Positions 19,653 through 29,300 of a stretch of DNA of 64,000 bases are shown one piece after another. A model generated the notes under the pieces. It saw only the letters and a list, made by a program, of their open reading frames with translations. It was not told the DNA's origin and searched no databases. Made by a program: the position numbers and the translations under genes. Origin of the DNA: Dehalococcoidia bacterium (GTDB lineage Bacteria; Chloroflexota; Dehalococcoidia; Lucifugimonadales; VXLM01); assembly GCA_963662435.1 (NCBI GenBank), contig OY759598.1:1272507-1336506 (forward strand), read 5' to 3'. Each line of letters begins with the position of its first letter. Within the stretch, counting starts at the first letter, position 1.

Positions 19653-21203
19653 ATGCGAAAACCAAAACTGATCTACTACAACGACGCCCGGCACTACCTC
19701 ATGTACCGCTACGACCCGCCCCTCAGCCGGCACGTCCTCCAGCAGCCCGTCGACGAGATTCTCGGCACCGGCGTCGACACGTTGTTCTTCGGCCTGGCGT
19801 CCGGCGCGACCTTTCTCCACGACACGCAAATCGGCAAGCGCTGGGGCGACGGCGTCACCGACCATAACCACGGCATCATGTGGTGGCGCGCCTCCAAGAA
19901 CCTCGAACGCGCCCTGGCAGACGGGCTCGATCCGCTTCAGGTCGTCATAGACCGCGCCCACGAGAAGGACATCCAGATCGTCTGCAGCCTCCGCATCAAC
20001 GAGGGCGGCACGGGCGGAGGTCTGAACTCAAACCGCTACATGTTCTCCAAGCTCAAAGAGGAGCACCCCGAATACATGATCGGCGACGACTCCGCCGACC
20101 CCGGCAAGTCCACGTGCCTCAACTTCGCAATTCCAGAGGTCCGGCAGGAGCGCCTCGCAATCATCGAGGAGGTCTGCGACCGCTATGGGGCGGACGGAAT
20201 CGAGATCGACGACTACGTGCGCACGTTCTTCCGCCAGTCTGAAATAGAGAAGAACACTCCCCTCCTCACCGAGTTCATGGGAGATGTCCGAGCCCTCCTC
20301 GACCGCATCGGGGAACGCCGTGGTGAAAAGCTGATGCTGGCCGCCCGAGTCCACCCGCGCGAGGACGCCAACCTCTCCGTGGGCATGGACGTGCGAAGTT
20401 GGATAAGCGAGGGGTTCGTCGACCTTGTCGTCGTCGACTACGGCGGATTCCAATTCGACCAGGACCCCGACCACGCATGGAACGCCAGGGAGGCGCGTAG
20501 GAAGGGCGCGCTCGTCTACTCTCACCTGGGCAGAACACCCTATGACGACCGCCACCACGATCCGACCATCGAGATGTACCGCGCCGCCGCGAGTAACCAC
20601 GTAGCAGCAGGGTCGGACGGCGTCTATCTATCGTCGCTGGATTGGCCCCACTCCGAGCGTGAATACCTCGTCATGCGGGAGCTCTCCGACCCCGACATCT
20701 ACGCCCGCAAGAACAAGCATTACGTCAAGGCGCAACAGGAATCGGCCCCCTTCGCTCTGGAGCGCCACCTGCCCAAAGTCCTGAAACAGGGCGAAACGGC
20801 AACGGTGCCGATAATAGTCAGCGACGACGTGGACGCCGCCCACGACGACGACGAACTCGAACGGGTGACCCTGCGTGTTCGCATCGTGCAAACCGGCATG
20901 GAGGATAAGCTCACCTTCGCGTTCAACGGCGCCACGCTCACCGTAGAACCGCGCAACGTCAGCCACTTCTATGGAGGACTTGTCTCTTACGGCATCGCCA
21001 GGGCCGGATTCCCCGAGCGCATCAACACCCACTACTGGTTCGAGTTCGACATTCCGGTCGATTCCGTGCGACGGGGGGAGAATACGGTCGATGTATTACC
21101 CAATCACATCCTCGCCGAGCGTGTGGAAGACCGCGTCCTCCTCCATGCGGAATTGCTATTGGACTATAGACAGCCGCCAGTCCCCATTGGCGAGCAACTG
21201 TAA
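19653..21203 (+). CDS. Glycoside-hydrolase-like TIM-barrel protein (GHL10/DUF187-like)
   Basis: LIYYNDA, SLRINE, LNFAIPEVR and DGIEID. GGAGG RBS before ATG 19653. Confidence 0.65.
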   Translation: MRKPKLIYYNDARHYLMYRYDPPLSRHVLQQPVDEILGTGVDTLFFGLASGATFLHDTQIGKRWGDGVTDHNHGIMWWRASKNLERALADGLDPLQVVIDRAHEKDIQIVCSLRINEGGTGGGLNSNRYMFSKLKEEHPEYMIGDDSADPGKSTCLNFAIPEVRQERLAIIEEVCDRYGADGIEIDDYVRTFFRQSEIEKNTPLLTEFMGDVRALLDRIGERRGEKLMLAARVHPREDANLSVGMDVRSWISEGFVDLVVVDYGGFQFDQDPDHAWNAREARRKGALVYSHLGRTPYDDRHHDPTIEMYRAAASNHVAAGSDGVYLSSLDWPHSEREYLVMRELSDPDIYARKNKHYVKAQQESAPFALERHLPKVLKQGETATVPIIVSDDVDAAHDDDELERVTLRVRIVQTGMEDKLTFAFNGATLTVEPRNVSHFYGGLVSYGIARAGFPERINTHYWFEFDIPVDSVRRGENTVDVLPNHILAERVEDRVLLHAELLLDYRQPPVPIGEQL

Positions 21204-21306
21204 CTGCGTCCGTCTGCCGATTCCTTCGGCTGGCGCTTACTTCCTCTCGTGACGAGGATGCCTCAGCGCGACCCACACACCTGTCATTCCTCTGAAAATA
21301 GGCTCA

Positions 21307-22518
21307 TCAGGCAGCCTGGACAGTGACCTTGTACCCTAATCGTTCAATTCTTCTGACAGATGAATCGACTACGTAGTGGTGGGCACGTGTGTCGAAGTAG
21401 TTTGCTCCGAGTTCGACGTATTGAGTGCCGCGTTCAAGCATGTGATAGATCGAGACGATGAGCGAGTGAGCCAAGGCAAGAACGGCCCGCTTGCTTCCCC
21501 GACGGGCTGCGAGTCGACGGTACTGAGCAGTTGAATACGTATCCTTGCTCCGGGCAGCAGACCAGGCGGCTTGTACAAGGGCCTTTGTCAGCCAGTTGTT
21601 GCCATGCCGTGTTCGTCCGCTGCCGCGCTTGCCGGCACTCTCATTGTTCCCAGGACACAGACCCGCCCACGAAGCCAGATGTGATGCTGACGGAAAGCGA
21701 CTCATATCCGTGCCTATCTCAGCCAACACCTCTTCGGCGATCCGACGCCCCACGCCGGGAATCCCATCGAGCAGGCCTATCTGCTCTTCTAAAGGGACCA
21801 TCCGCTCTGAGACCTCCCGATTCAACTCATCTATCTCCGCGTCTAGGAAGTCGAGATGACTCAACTGGCTTCTGAGCATCATGCGCTGATGATCGGACAT
21901 CAGCGCCGCCAGCGCCTGTTCGAGAGCGTCCTGCTTGTTGCGGAGCCTTCCCCTAGCCAACTGCGCCAACTGTTCGGGATCATCGACTCCTCTGACCATT
22001 GCATCAAGCATGGCCCGCCCACTGACGCCAAGTATGTCGGTGGCGACCGATGAGAGCTTGACGTTGCCGCCTTCAAGCACCTTCTGAATACGATTGACGA
22101 CTCGCGACCGTTCCTCAATCATGCTGCGGCGGTATCGAGTCAACTCCCGCAACTCCCTCTGAGGACGGTCGGGAATAAAGCTGGCCCTCAGCAGGCCGTG
22201 CCGCAGAAGAGAGGCTATCCACTCTGCGTCTTTGACATCGGTCTTTCGGCCCGGAACCGTCTTGATGTGCCGAGCGTTGACCACCATCACCTCGAAATCG
22301 TCTTCAAGCAGGTTGTACACAGGCTTCCAATACACACCCGTGCTCTCCATGGCGACATGAGTGACTCGCTGCTCAGCCAGCCAGTCGGCCATCTCGAGCA
22401 GACCCGAAGTCATCGTCGAGAAGGTGCGTGTCGACTGAGATTCCGGGGTGATGACGCAGGCGACCACGGTCTTCTTGTGTACATCCATTCCACAGCAACG
22501 TTCGTAGGTTACGTCCAT
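21307..22518 (-). CDS. IS110 DEDD recombinase/transposase (403 aa)
   Basis: [15 protein letters not shown] and KTDVKDA (DEDD), plus [11 protein letters not shown] (catalytic Ser). GGAGG RBS before ATG 22518. Confidence 0.95.
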   Translation of the reverse strand: MDVTYERCCGMDVHKKTVVACVITPESQSTRTFSTMTSGLLEMADWLAEQRVTHVAMESTGVYWKPVYNLLEDDFEVMVVNARHIKTVPGRKTDVKDAEWIASLLRHGLLRASFIPDRPQRELRELTRYRRSMIEERSRVVNRIQKVLEGGNVKLSSVATDILGVSGRAMLDAMVRGVDDPEQLAQLARGRLRNKQDALEQALAALMSDHQRMMLRSQLSHLDFLDAEIDELNREVSERMVPLEEQIGLLDGIPGVGRRIAEEVLAEIGTDMSRFPSASHLASWAGLCPGNNESAGKRGSGRTRHGNNWLTKALVQAAWSAARSKDTYSTAQYRRLAARRGSKRAVLALAHSLIVSIYHMLERGTQYVELGANYFDTRAHHYVVDSSVRRIERLGYKVTVQAA

Positions 22519-22545
22519 AAGCACTACCCTCCAACTATGATGAAT

Positions 22546-22683
22546 GTCGGTGGGACGACTAGGCGAATGAAGACTTTCCTCTGCGTGCTCTGTGGCGACA
22601 ATTGGTGATACCTTTGAGTCGTCAGGTCCAGATTGGTACTCGGGCTCTCGGCGCCAATGACTACCGGACTCGCGCACACCGAC
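22546..22683 (-). ncRNA. Putative IS110 bridge RNA with two guide loops (strand tentative)
   Basis: Outer stem GTCGGTG/CACCGAC (22546/22677), stem GACGACT/AGTCGTC (22554/22617), stem GGTCC/GGACT. Loop segments match the element's own junctions. Confidence 0.75.
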
Positions 22684-22690
22684 GGACCCC

Positions 22691-22719
22691 ATTTTCATGA
22701 TTGGTGGTGTCGGTGACAA
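22691..22719 (-). promoter_or_regulatory. Possible sigma70-like promoter for the bridge RNA/transposase
   Basis: Minus strand TTGTCA-N17-GAAAAT. The implied start near 22684 coincides with the edge of the outer stem. Confidence 0.35.
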
Positions 22720-22731
22720 CCGACATGTGCG

Positions 22732-22884
22732 ATTGGTACGAAAATAGGCCGCAATACCCCCACACCGTTATTCCCGCGAAAGCGGGAATCCATCCCCGGA
22801 CGTTGCCTTACGACAATCGAGAGAGAGGAACTGACGCACATTTTCATTCTTCGGTGTGCAGGCCACAGGGCTGCATGGGTGATT
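22732..22884. mobile_element. Non-autonomous IS110-type mini-element A (150 bp core to core) carrying an ATTCCC...GGGAAT REP
   Basis: ATT-GGTAC-GAAAATAG ... GTTATTCCCGCGAAAGCGGGAATCC ... ATTTTCAT-GGTGTG-hairpin-CATG-N4-ATT. Confidence 0.72.
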
Positions 22885-22979
22885 CCTCTGAAGATAGCCT
22901 CCCGTAGGGGCGTTTGCGAATCGCCCTACTCCGCTATTTTCATTCCAGGTGGTGAGGGTGGCCACCCTCATGAGATATT
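22882..22979. mobile_element. Non-autonomous IS110-type mini-element B (95 bp core to core) carrying a GTAG REP
   Basis: ATT-CCTCT-GAAGATAG ... CGTAGGGGCGTTTGCGAATCGCCCTAC ... ATTTTCAT-GGTGGTG-palindrome-CATG-N4-ATT. Confidence 0.72.
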
Positions 22980-23009
22980 CCGAACGTAGCGAAGCGCAGT
23001 GAGGAATCT
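22977..23009 (+). repeat. Right half of the REP split by the IS110 array (left half GTCATT at 21283-21288)
   Basis: Rejoining the halves gives GTCATTCCGAACGTAGCGAAGCGCAGTGAGGAATCT with an ATTCC/GGAAT stem, like the intact REP at 5261. Confidence 0.75.
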
Positions 23010-23107
23010 AAAGTGCTCATCTTCCTGGAATGGCCCTGTGACCTGAACGATACACCCCGTCTTTCCCTCTATGCCCTCCGCGTTCTCTGTGGTGAGTCCC
23101 CCGCTCC

Positions 23108-25087
23108 CTACATGCGAGACTTCGCCATCTCGATAAAGAACCGCAGGCTCTCCGGGTTTTCCATGGCGTCCATGCTGACGGCCTTTTCCACATCCCGACC
23201 CGAGAGTATCCGCTTGACCGGCACCTCGACCTTCTTGCCGTTCAAAGTGCGGGGTACCTCGTCTATCGCGTGAACCTCGTCAGGCGGCCACCGGGGAGAA
23301 AGTTCCGTCCTGCACTTGAGCGCGATTGCCTTCCTCAAGTCGTCGTCAAGGGTGAATCCTTCTTTCATCACGAGGAATAGCAGGAGGCGTCCCGCATCTC
23401 CGATCCCCGAAGTGTCGACAACCAGGCTGTCTGACACCTCGTCCATCTCTTCGATAACGCGATAGTAGTCGCTCGTTCCCATGCGGATTCCTGAACGCTT
23501 CAGCGTGGAATCCGACCGCCCCGAGATGACCAATGTGCCTCGTTCGGTCATCTCGACCCAGTCCCCGTGCCGCCACACATCTTCGAACATCTCGAAATAG
23601 CTCTCACGAAGCCTGCTGCCATCCTCGTCGTTCCAGAAGAAAATGGGCATCGAGACCAACGGCTCAGTAACGACGAGTTCGCCGACTTCATTGATCACGG
23701 AGTTACCATTCTCATCAAATGCCTCCACCTTGGCGCCAAGGCATCGGCACTGGATCTCCCCTGCGTGCACCGGCAGGAGCGGAGACGGCCCGACGAAGCC
23801 GGTGCACACGTCCGTGCCCCCGCTGAATGAACCGAGTAACAGACCGTCGTTAACATTCTCGTACACCCATACAAACCCCTCCGGCGAAAGCGGCGCTCCG
23901 GTTGAACCTACTCCCCTTATCGCCGAGAGGTTGAAGTCCACATTCGGCTGTAGTCCCTCCTTCATACAACCATGAATGAACGGCGCGCTCGTACCGAAGT
24001 ACGTTGTTCCGGTGTCGTGGGCAAAGCTCCAGAGGCGGTTCAGGTCGGGATAGGATGGATCGCCGTCGTACAGTTGGACTGTCGCGTCGATCAGCAGTCC
24101 GCCGATAAGGAAATTCCACATCATCCAGCCTGTCGTCGTATACCAGAAGAACCTGTCATTCTCGCCGAGGTCCATGTGAAATGCGAGTGTCTTGAGGTGT
24201 TCGAGCAGGACATTCCCATGGCCATGCACGATTGGTTTGGGCAGACCCGTCGTGCCCGAAGAATACAGCACCCAGAGAGGATGATCGAACGGCACGGCCT
24301 CAAACTCGATACTGTCAGCATCGACAAGCGCTTCATCCCACAGCACATGCCGCGAAAGGCCGGACAGATCGGGTTCATCGGACAAGTACGGGAGTACAAC
24401 GGTTGCTTCCAGGGTCGGTAGGTTCAGTTGCAGCTCCCGGACGGCGTCGCGCTTGTCGAAGTCTCTCCCTCGATATCTATAGCCGTCCACTGCAATCAGC
24501 ACCTTCGGCTCGATCTGCCGGAATCGCTCGATGACGCTGGGAATACCGAATTCCGGTGAGCACGCCGACCAGATGGCCCCGATTGAGGCCGTTGCAAGTG
24601 CGGCCACCACGGTCTCCGGGACATTGGGCATGAGGGCGATAACGCGGTCGCCCTTCTTAACGCCCATTGCTCGGAGTCCTGCCGCGAAGTTGGCGACCTG
24701 CCGGTGAAGCTCTGCGAAGGTAATTTCCTCACGCTCACGAAGCTCCGACTCCGATACTATGGCAACATGGTTATCACGGCGCGATAGCGCGTGCTCTGCG
24801 TAGTTCAACTCCGCGCCGGGGAACCACACCGCCCCGGGCATTTTTCGGGTAGCCAGCACCTTTTCATAGGGTGACTTGGAACGCACGCCAAAATAGTCCC
24901 AAACGGCCCCCCAAAAGCCTTCGAGGTCGCTGACCGACCACCGCCACAACTCGTCGTACGTCGCGAAGTGGTGCCCGCCCGTCTCTCTCAACCAGCCCAT
25001 GAAGCGGGTGACGTTTGCGTCGGCGATAGTCTCGGGGGTCGGCTCCCACAGGAGACGGCCTTGAAGGTCAGAGCGGTCTTCGGTCAT
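23108..25087 (-). CDS. Acetoacetate-CoA ligase
   Basis: WFPGAELNYAE, YSSGTTGLPK, SGGTD, WRHGDW and GKKVEVPVK motifs. Confidence 0.92.
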   Translation of the reverse strand: MTEDRSDLQGRLLWEPTPETIADANVTRFMGWLRETGGHHFATYDELWRWSVSDLEGFWGAVWDYFGVRSKSPYEKVLATRKMPGAVWFPGAELNYAEHALSRRDNHVAIVSESELREREEITFAELHRQVANFAAGLRAMGVKKGDRVIALMPNVPETVVAALATASIGAIWSACSPEFGIPSVIERFRQIEPKVLIAVDGYRYRGRDFDKRDAVRELQLNLPTLEATVVLPYLSDEPDLSGLSRHVLWDEALVDADSIEFEAVPFDHPLWVLYSSGTTGLPKPIVHGHGNVLLEHLKTLAFHMDLGENDRFFWYTTTGWMMWNFLIGGLLIDATVQLYDGDPSYPDLNRLWSFAHDTGTTYFGTSAPFIHGCMKEGLQPNVDFNLSAIRGVGSTGAPLSPEGFVWVYENVNDGLLLGSFSGGTDVCTGFVGPSPLLPVHAGEIQCRCLGAKVEAFDENGNSVINEVGELVVTEPLVSMPIFFWNDEDGSRLRESYFEMFEDVWRHGDWVEMTERGTLVISGRSDSTLKRSGIRMGTSDYYRVIEEMDEVSDSLVVDTSGIGDAGRLLLFLVMKEGFTLDDDLRKAIALKCRTELSPRWPPDEVHAIDEVPRTLNGKKVEVPVKRILSGRDVEKAVSMDAMENPESLRFFIEMAKSRM

Positions 25088-25221
25088 GTCGGGATTGCTA
25101 GAAGCACCAAAGTGAGAATGTTGGCTAAATCGAAGTGGACAGGTTGGTCGGAAGTGGTCCTAATCAGGTGATATCAGATAACCCAATTGACACCGGATTG
25201 TACAGGTGACTATACCAAGCG

Positions 25222-25482
25222 TCACTCCAACGGAGCTATCTTGCCGGGATCTTCCATTAGTTTTGCCTTGTTCCAAGCCGCCAAGAGTTCGTCTTGATGG
25301 AGCGACGCCCACTCCAATACAAGCTTCCGTGCTCGAATGGGGAGGCGACCCCGAATCTCGGTGAGATCTTGAATCTCCACCAGGGCTTCATGCCCGCTAT
25401 ACTCTGCATGGAAGTGCGCCGGAGCGTGATCGCGGAAATAAATCCTTATGATGATTCCATAGAAGCGGCAAAGTTCAGGCAT
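25222..25482 (-). CDS. DUF4160 family protein (putative toxin)
   Basis: MPELCRFYGIIIRIYFRDHAPAHFHAEY signature. Confidence 0.85.
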   Translation of the reverse strand: MPELCRFYGIIIRIYFRDHAPAHFHAEYSGHEALVEIQDLTEIRGRLPIRARKLVLEWASLHQDELLAAWNKAKLMEDPGKIAPLE

Positions 25483-25488
25483 CGTGGG

Positions 25489-25767
25489 CTATGAATCAAT
25501 GTCATTCGTGAGTTCGTCGAAAGATCTTTTGCCGGTTAGTTCCATATAAAGCGCATCGGGGCAAAGCTCCAAGTCTTCATTCCAAACTATGGCCCTGTGT
25601 GGCGCGATGTGGACCTTCTCAAAGCATCCCTGTGTATCCCACGCCCTAAACACACCCCGGCCAGCCAAATCAGACAGGTCGACCTCTCCTGAAGTGCCGT
25701 CCGAATACTGGAGCCATATCTTGTATCCGTCTCGTGCTTCGACGGTTGTAGGTTCAAGCATCTTCAT
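25489..25767 (-). CDS. DUF2442 family protein (putative antitoxin)
   Basis: YSDGTSGEVDL and IVWNEDLELCPDALY. Confidence 0.82.
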   Translation of the reverse strand: MKMLEPTTVEARDGYKIWLQYSDGTSGEVDLSDLAGRGVFRAWDTQGCFEKVHIAPHRAIVWNEDLELCPDALYMELTGKRSFDELTNDIDS

Positions 25768-25814
25768 TCTCCGAACTCGTCTAGGGTCATGGCCCACCAA
25801 GTCAAAATCCCATC

Positions 25815-26105
25815 CTACACGTTTCGCACCGCTGTCGGCAGTGCGCGCACAGCCGAACCAACCCGTCGATCAGCAACCGCCAAATCGAATTGCGATTGGA
25901 GGTTCAGCCAAAACTGAGGGTCTACTCCGAACCAGTGACCGAATCGCAGGGCCGTATCGCCCGTGATTGAACGTTTGCCGGCAATAATCTGACTTACTCT
26001 GTTCGGTGGCACAGCGATCTGGCGCGCGAACTCCGTCGGCGTAACACTCAGTTCTTCGAGTTCGTCCTTCAGAATCTCACCCGGATGAACAAGGCGCTTC
26101 AACAT
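25815..26105 (-). CDS. higA: HigA-family antitoxin (HTH)
   Basis: HPGEILKDEL, GKRSITGDTALRF and FWLNLQ. Confidence 0.88.
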   Translation of the reverse strand: MLKRLVHPGEILKDELEELSVTPTEFARQIAVPPNRVSQIIAGKRSITGDTALRFGHWFGVDPQFWLNLQSQFDLAVADRRVGSAVRALPTAVRNV

Positions 26106-26169
26106 AACTCACACCCTAGCTGAGCACAACGACTGATCATCATCTCGACAGCTTCTTCCAGGCAAGTCC

Positions 26170-26358
26170 CTACTCACCCTCTCCTCCACCCAACCCGTCG
26201 ATTACCCGCCCAGCCCATTCGCGCAGGAGCACTTCGAAGTCCATTGCGCAGTGGGCGCATTCGTACTCGCCGATGCGTACGGACGCCCCGCAATCGGTGC
26301 ACGACAGCCCATCGTAGTAGACATCCAACACCCGCTGCACCTGTTCGTCGGTCGCCAT
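26170..26358 (-). CDS. Small zinc-ribbon protein
   Basis: CTDC...CAHC; starts 7 bp after the permease stop. Confidence 0.6.
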   Translation of the reverse strand: MATDEQVQRVLDVYYDGLSCTDCGASVRIGEYECAHCAMDFEVLLREWAGRVIDGLGGGEGE

Positions 26359-26365
26359 TGCGCGG

Positions 26366-29300
26366 TTACTCGTAACGAAGGGCCTCGGCCGGATAGATTC
26401 GTCCGGCCTGCAGCGCAGGAAGCGTGGTCATAGCCAGCGAGAAGACCCATGCCACGCCCACGATGATTGCGACATTAATCCACGGGATATCGAAGCGCAG
26501 TCCGTCCGTCTGCTGCGCAAGCTCGTTGAAGATATTCCACGAGGTCATCGTACCCAGCGCGAGACCGAGCACGGTCCCCAACAGCGTCACGAACGTTGCC
26601 TCCAGCAGGAACTGGATGAGTACCATTTTCGCTCTGAATCCGAGTGCGCGGAGCATCCCTATCGATTGCCGCCGCTCTTCCACAGCCCTGAAGGAAAGCA
26701 CGCCAATGGCTGCGACGCCAACTATGAGCCCTATGCCCATGAAGCCCTGGAATAGCTGGTTGAAGGCATCGTCCTGCGAAAGGCTGAGCTGCAGCTCGCG
26801 CTCAGTAGAAACGGCGACCATGCTTCGGTCCATGAATGCAGTCTCCATGCGGGCCGCGACGTCCTCCGCCGTCACGTTCTTCTCTCCCCTTCCGCTCCTT
26901 CGTACGTGGAATGTCGTGAATGGCACGGGCACATCTGAGATCTCGGTCAGCACATCGTCACTGGTAAACAGCGTCGCTGGCCGTGCCTGTGTCAAGGCGT
27001 CGGCCCTAGTACGCTGCTCGATGGCCAGCTGGTCGGCAAGGGACTCCAGGACGGCGATCACCGTCCGTTTCGTCGGCTCTCCGCCTCCGACGGGCCGAAT
27101 CTCGACCTCGAACGGCCTGATCCGCTTAGGGCCGCTGGCTGTGATTCCCTCGGCCGTGAAGCCTCCGAAATTGGGATCGAACGGGTCGTTTGGCGAGAAC
27201 GAGTCGTCCTTTGGCAGAGCGGTGTGATTCAGGATTGCGAGGGAGGGATCGCTCCTCAAAGCCAGCCACATGTCCCGATTCGCGTCGGTGGATCCCAGAA
27301 GCCTCGACGGATCGTAGTGGCTGACACGCCATTCGTTCGCCTCGAGAAAGGTATCGTCCACGGCCATGAGCTGGAGCGCCTTGAACTCGAGGTCGGCGCT
27401 TCCAACCTGCCTCGCCTCCACCGGCACCAGCACAGAACCTCCCGCGTCGTGGACGCGCCTGTTCACTTCCTGGGCCGCGTAGACCTGGATGTCCGTCCGG
27501 CTCCCGATCGACTCATCGGCGAGGGTCTGCTTGAAGTCGCCAATGGGGATTTCAGGACTGACTATAGCGGTGATGTCGTAGCCCCCCGTCACGCGAGTAG
27601 GCTCTTCGCGGGCGAGATTGCCGAGGTTATTCAAGATGGCGAAGATCATCAAGTTGAAGATGATCATCGCGAACATCGCCACCGTCAGTCCTGTCAGGAA
27701 GCGAGCGGCCATCGGATATGCGACGGCTGTCCTCATGACGGCCTTGAGTGATTTGATCCTGCCCAATACGCCGTACACTATGGCTACGATCACCGGCGTA
27801 TTGTTCATGATGAGCCATACCGCCGACCCGACCATCGCGACGCCGCTCAGCACGAAAATCTCAGGGCCCGCCTTCAACTCGCCGACCACCGCGTCGTATG
27901 TGTCCAACGGAAGCGACCAGAACACCAGGAGGCATAGCCCTTCAAGGGTGCCAACCACTCTACCCGCCGTCGCAGAGCGACCAAGGACAGTTCGCAACAG
28001 TTGTCCCACACCGATGACGACGATGCTGACGCCAATGTAGAAGAGGCTAAGACCCACTCCCAGCGTGGAGACAGCCTCATCAATGGCCAGTCCGGAGGCG
28101 ATGACAATTCCGCCCAGGACCATGATGGGCCATCCCTGCCGGACGATTCGCTCGACAATTCCTCGCCGCTTGACAGTCTCCTCACGCAGCCCTCGGATGG
28201 CGACGATGATGTTCAGTCGGCTGACCCACGATGCGGACACGAAGACCGTCACTAGCGTGAGAATGATCCCCGCACAGAAGGCGATAACTCCGGAACGAAT
28301 CGTGAAGCTGTTATGTATCGTGAACTGTTCCGCCGACACGACATTCTGGAGGAACCCCGCGAGAATAATGCTGGCGACTACTCCGCCCAGCGTACCCAGC
28401 AGCGCGGCGGCGATCGTGTAGGAAACTCCCTCGAAGGTGAATATCTGAACAACATGGCCCTGCCTCATACCTACAGCGCGTGACATGCCGATCTCTGACG
28501 AACGCGCGGCGGCAAGGAGAACGAAGACTAGGAATATCAGGAGCAGTCCGACAATGATGGATATCGATCCGAAGACCGAAAACAGCGATATGAACTGGCT
28601 CCCCGTCTGCTCCGCGAGCTCCAGCCGGTCGGCCTTCACATCATCGACGGAAAGACGGAAGAACTCGAGGTTCAGGGCATTCAACCGCTCTGCCTCGGCC
28701 GTTAGTCCACCGCGAATCAGAATGGTCACCAGTGTCGCGGAGAACTGACGGTCCGCCACGAGCGATATGAACTCGTCCGACATCGTCCCCCGGCCAAGCT
28801 CCGACCGGAGGGCCGCGATGTCATCCTGCAGATCGCGGGAGGCGTTCTCGCCCTCGATGGCGAAGTCATACAGTGCGAGCGCCCTTCGGTCGCCTAGAAT
28901 CTCGTATATCTGTTGTGCCGTCTCCCTATCTGAGAATCGCAGTCTCAGAGACCCCGTGACATCGTCCGAGAGGTCGAGCCCACCCTCGAGTCCGCCACGG
29001 TTGGAGATCAGCACTTCGGTGTACTTGCCGGGCTGACCCATCATGGCCTGGGCAAGATCCAACCGGACGATGGCGATGGGATTGCTCCCTCCACCACCCG
29101 CGAGCCCACCGTTCCGAACTATTGCCAGCACGTTCATTTGCCAGCTGTCCGTCGGCGTGACGATGATTACGCGGTCGCCCTTCTTGGCGCTTAATTCGCG
29201 TGCCGCGTCTTCGTTGAGGAAGAGGTCGTTCCTCGCGTTCTCTTCGGTATTCGTGGCCCGCAGGTCGGACAGCTTCACAACCTTCCCGGCCTGCGACCCG

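Larger units (their letters stand above)
21286..22734 (-). mobile_element. IS110-family element, copy 1, bounded by ATT cores at 21286-21288 and 22732-22734
   Basis: Transposase, short downstream end (CCTCTGAAAATAGG) and ~210-bp upstream non-coding end. Subterminal GAAAAT/ATTTTC inverted repeat. Identity with copy 2 begins at GTCATT. Confidence 0.92.

Noticed and set aside
22519..22719. 67-aa N-terminal extension of the transposase in the ORF track
   Set aside because: A GGAGG RBS and the typical [15 protein letters not shown] start lie at 22518. The upstream part is better explained as structured RNA.
22691..22979. CRISPR mini-array
   Set aside because: The repeats are divergent, unit lengths are 95-150 bp, no cas genes are present, and the repeats match the IS110 ends instead.
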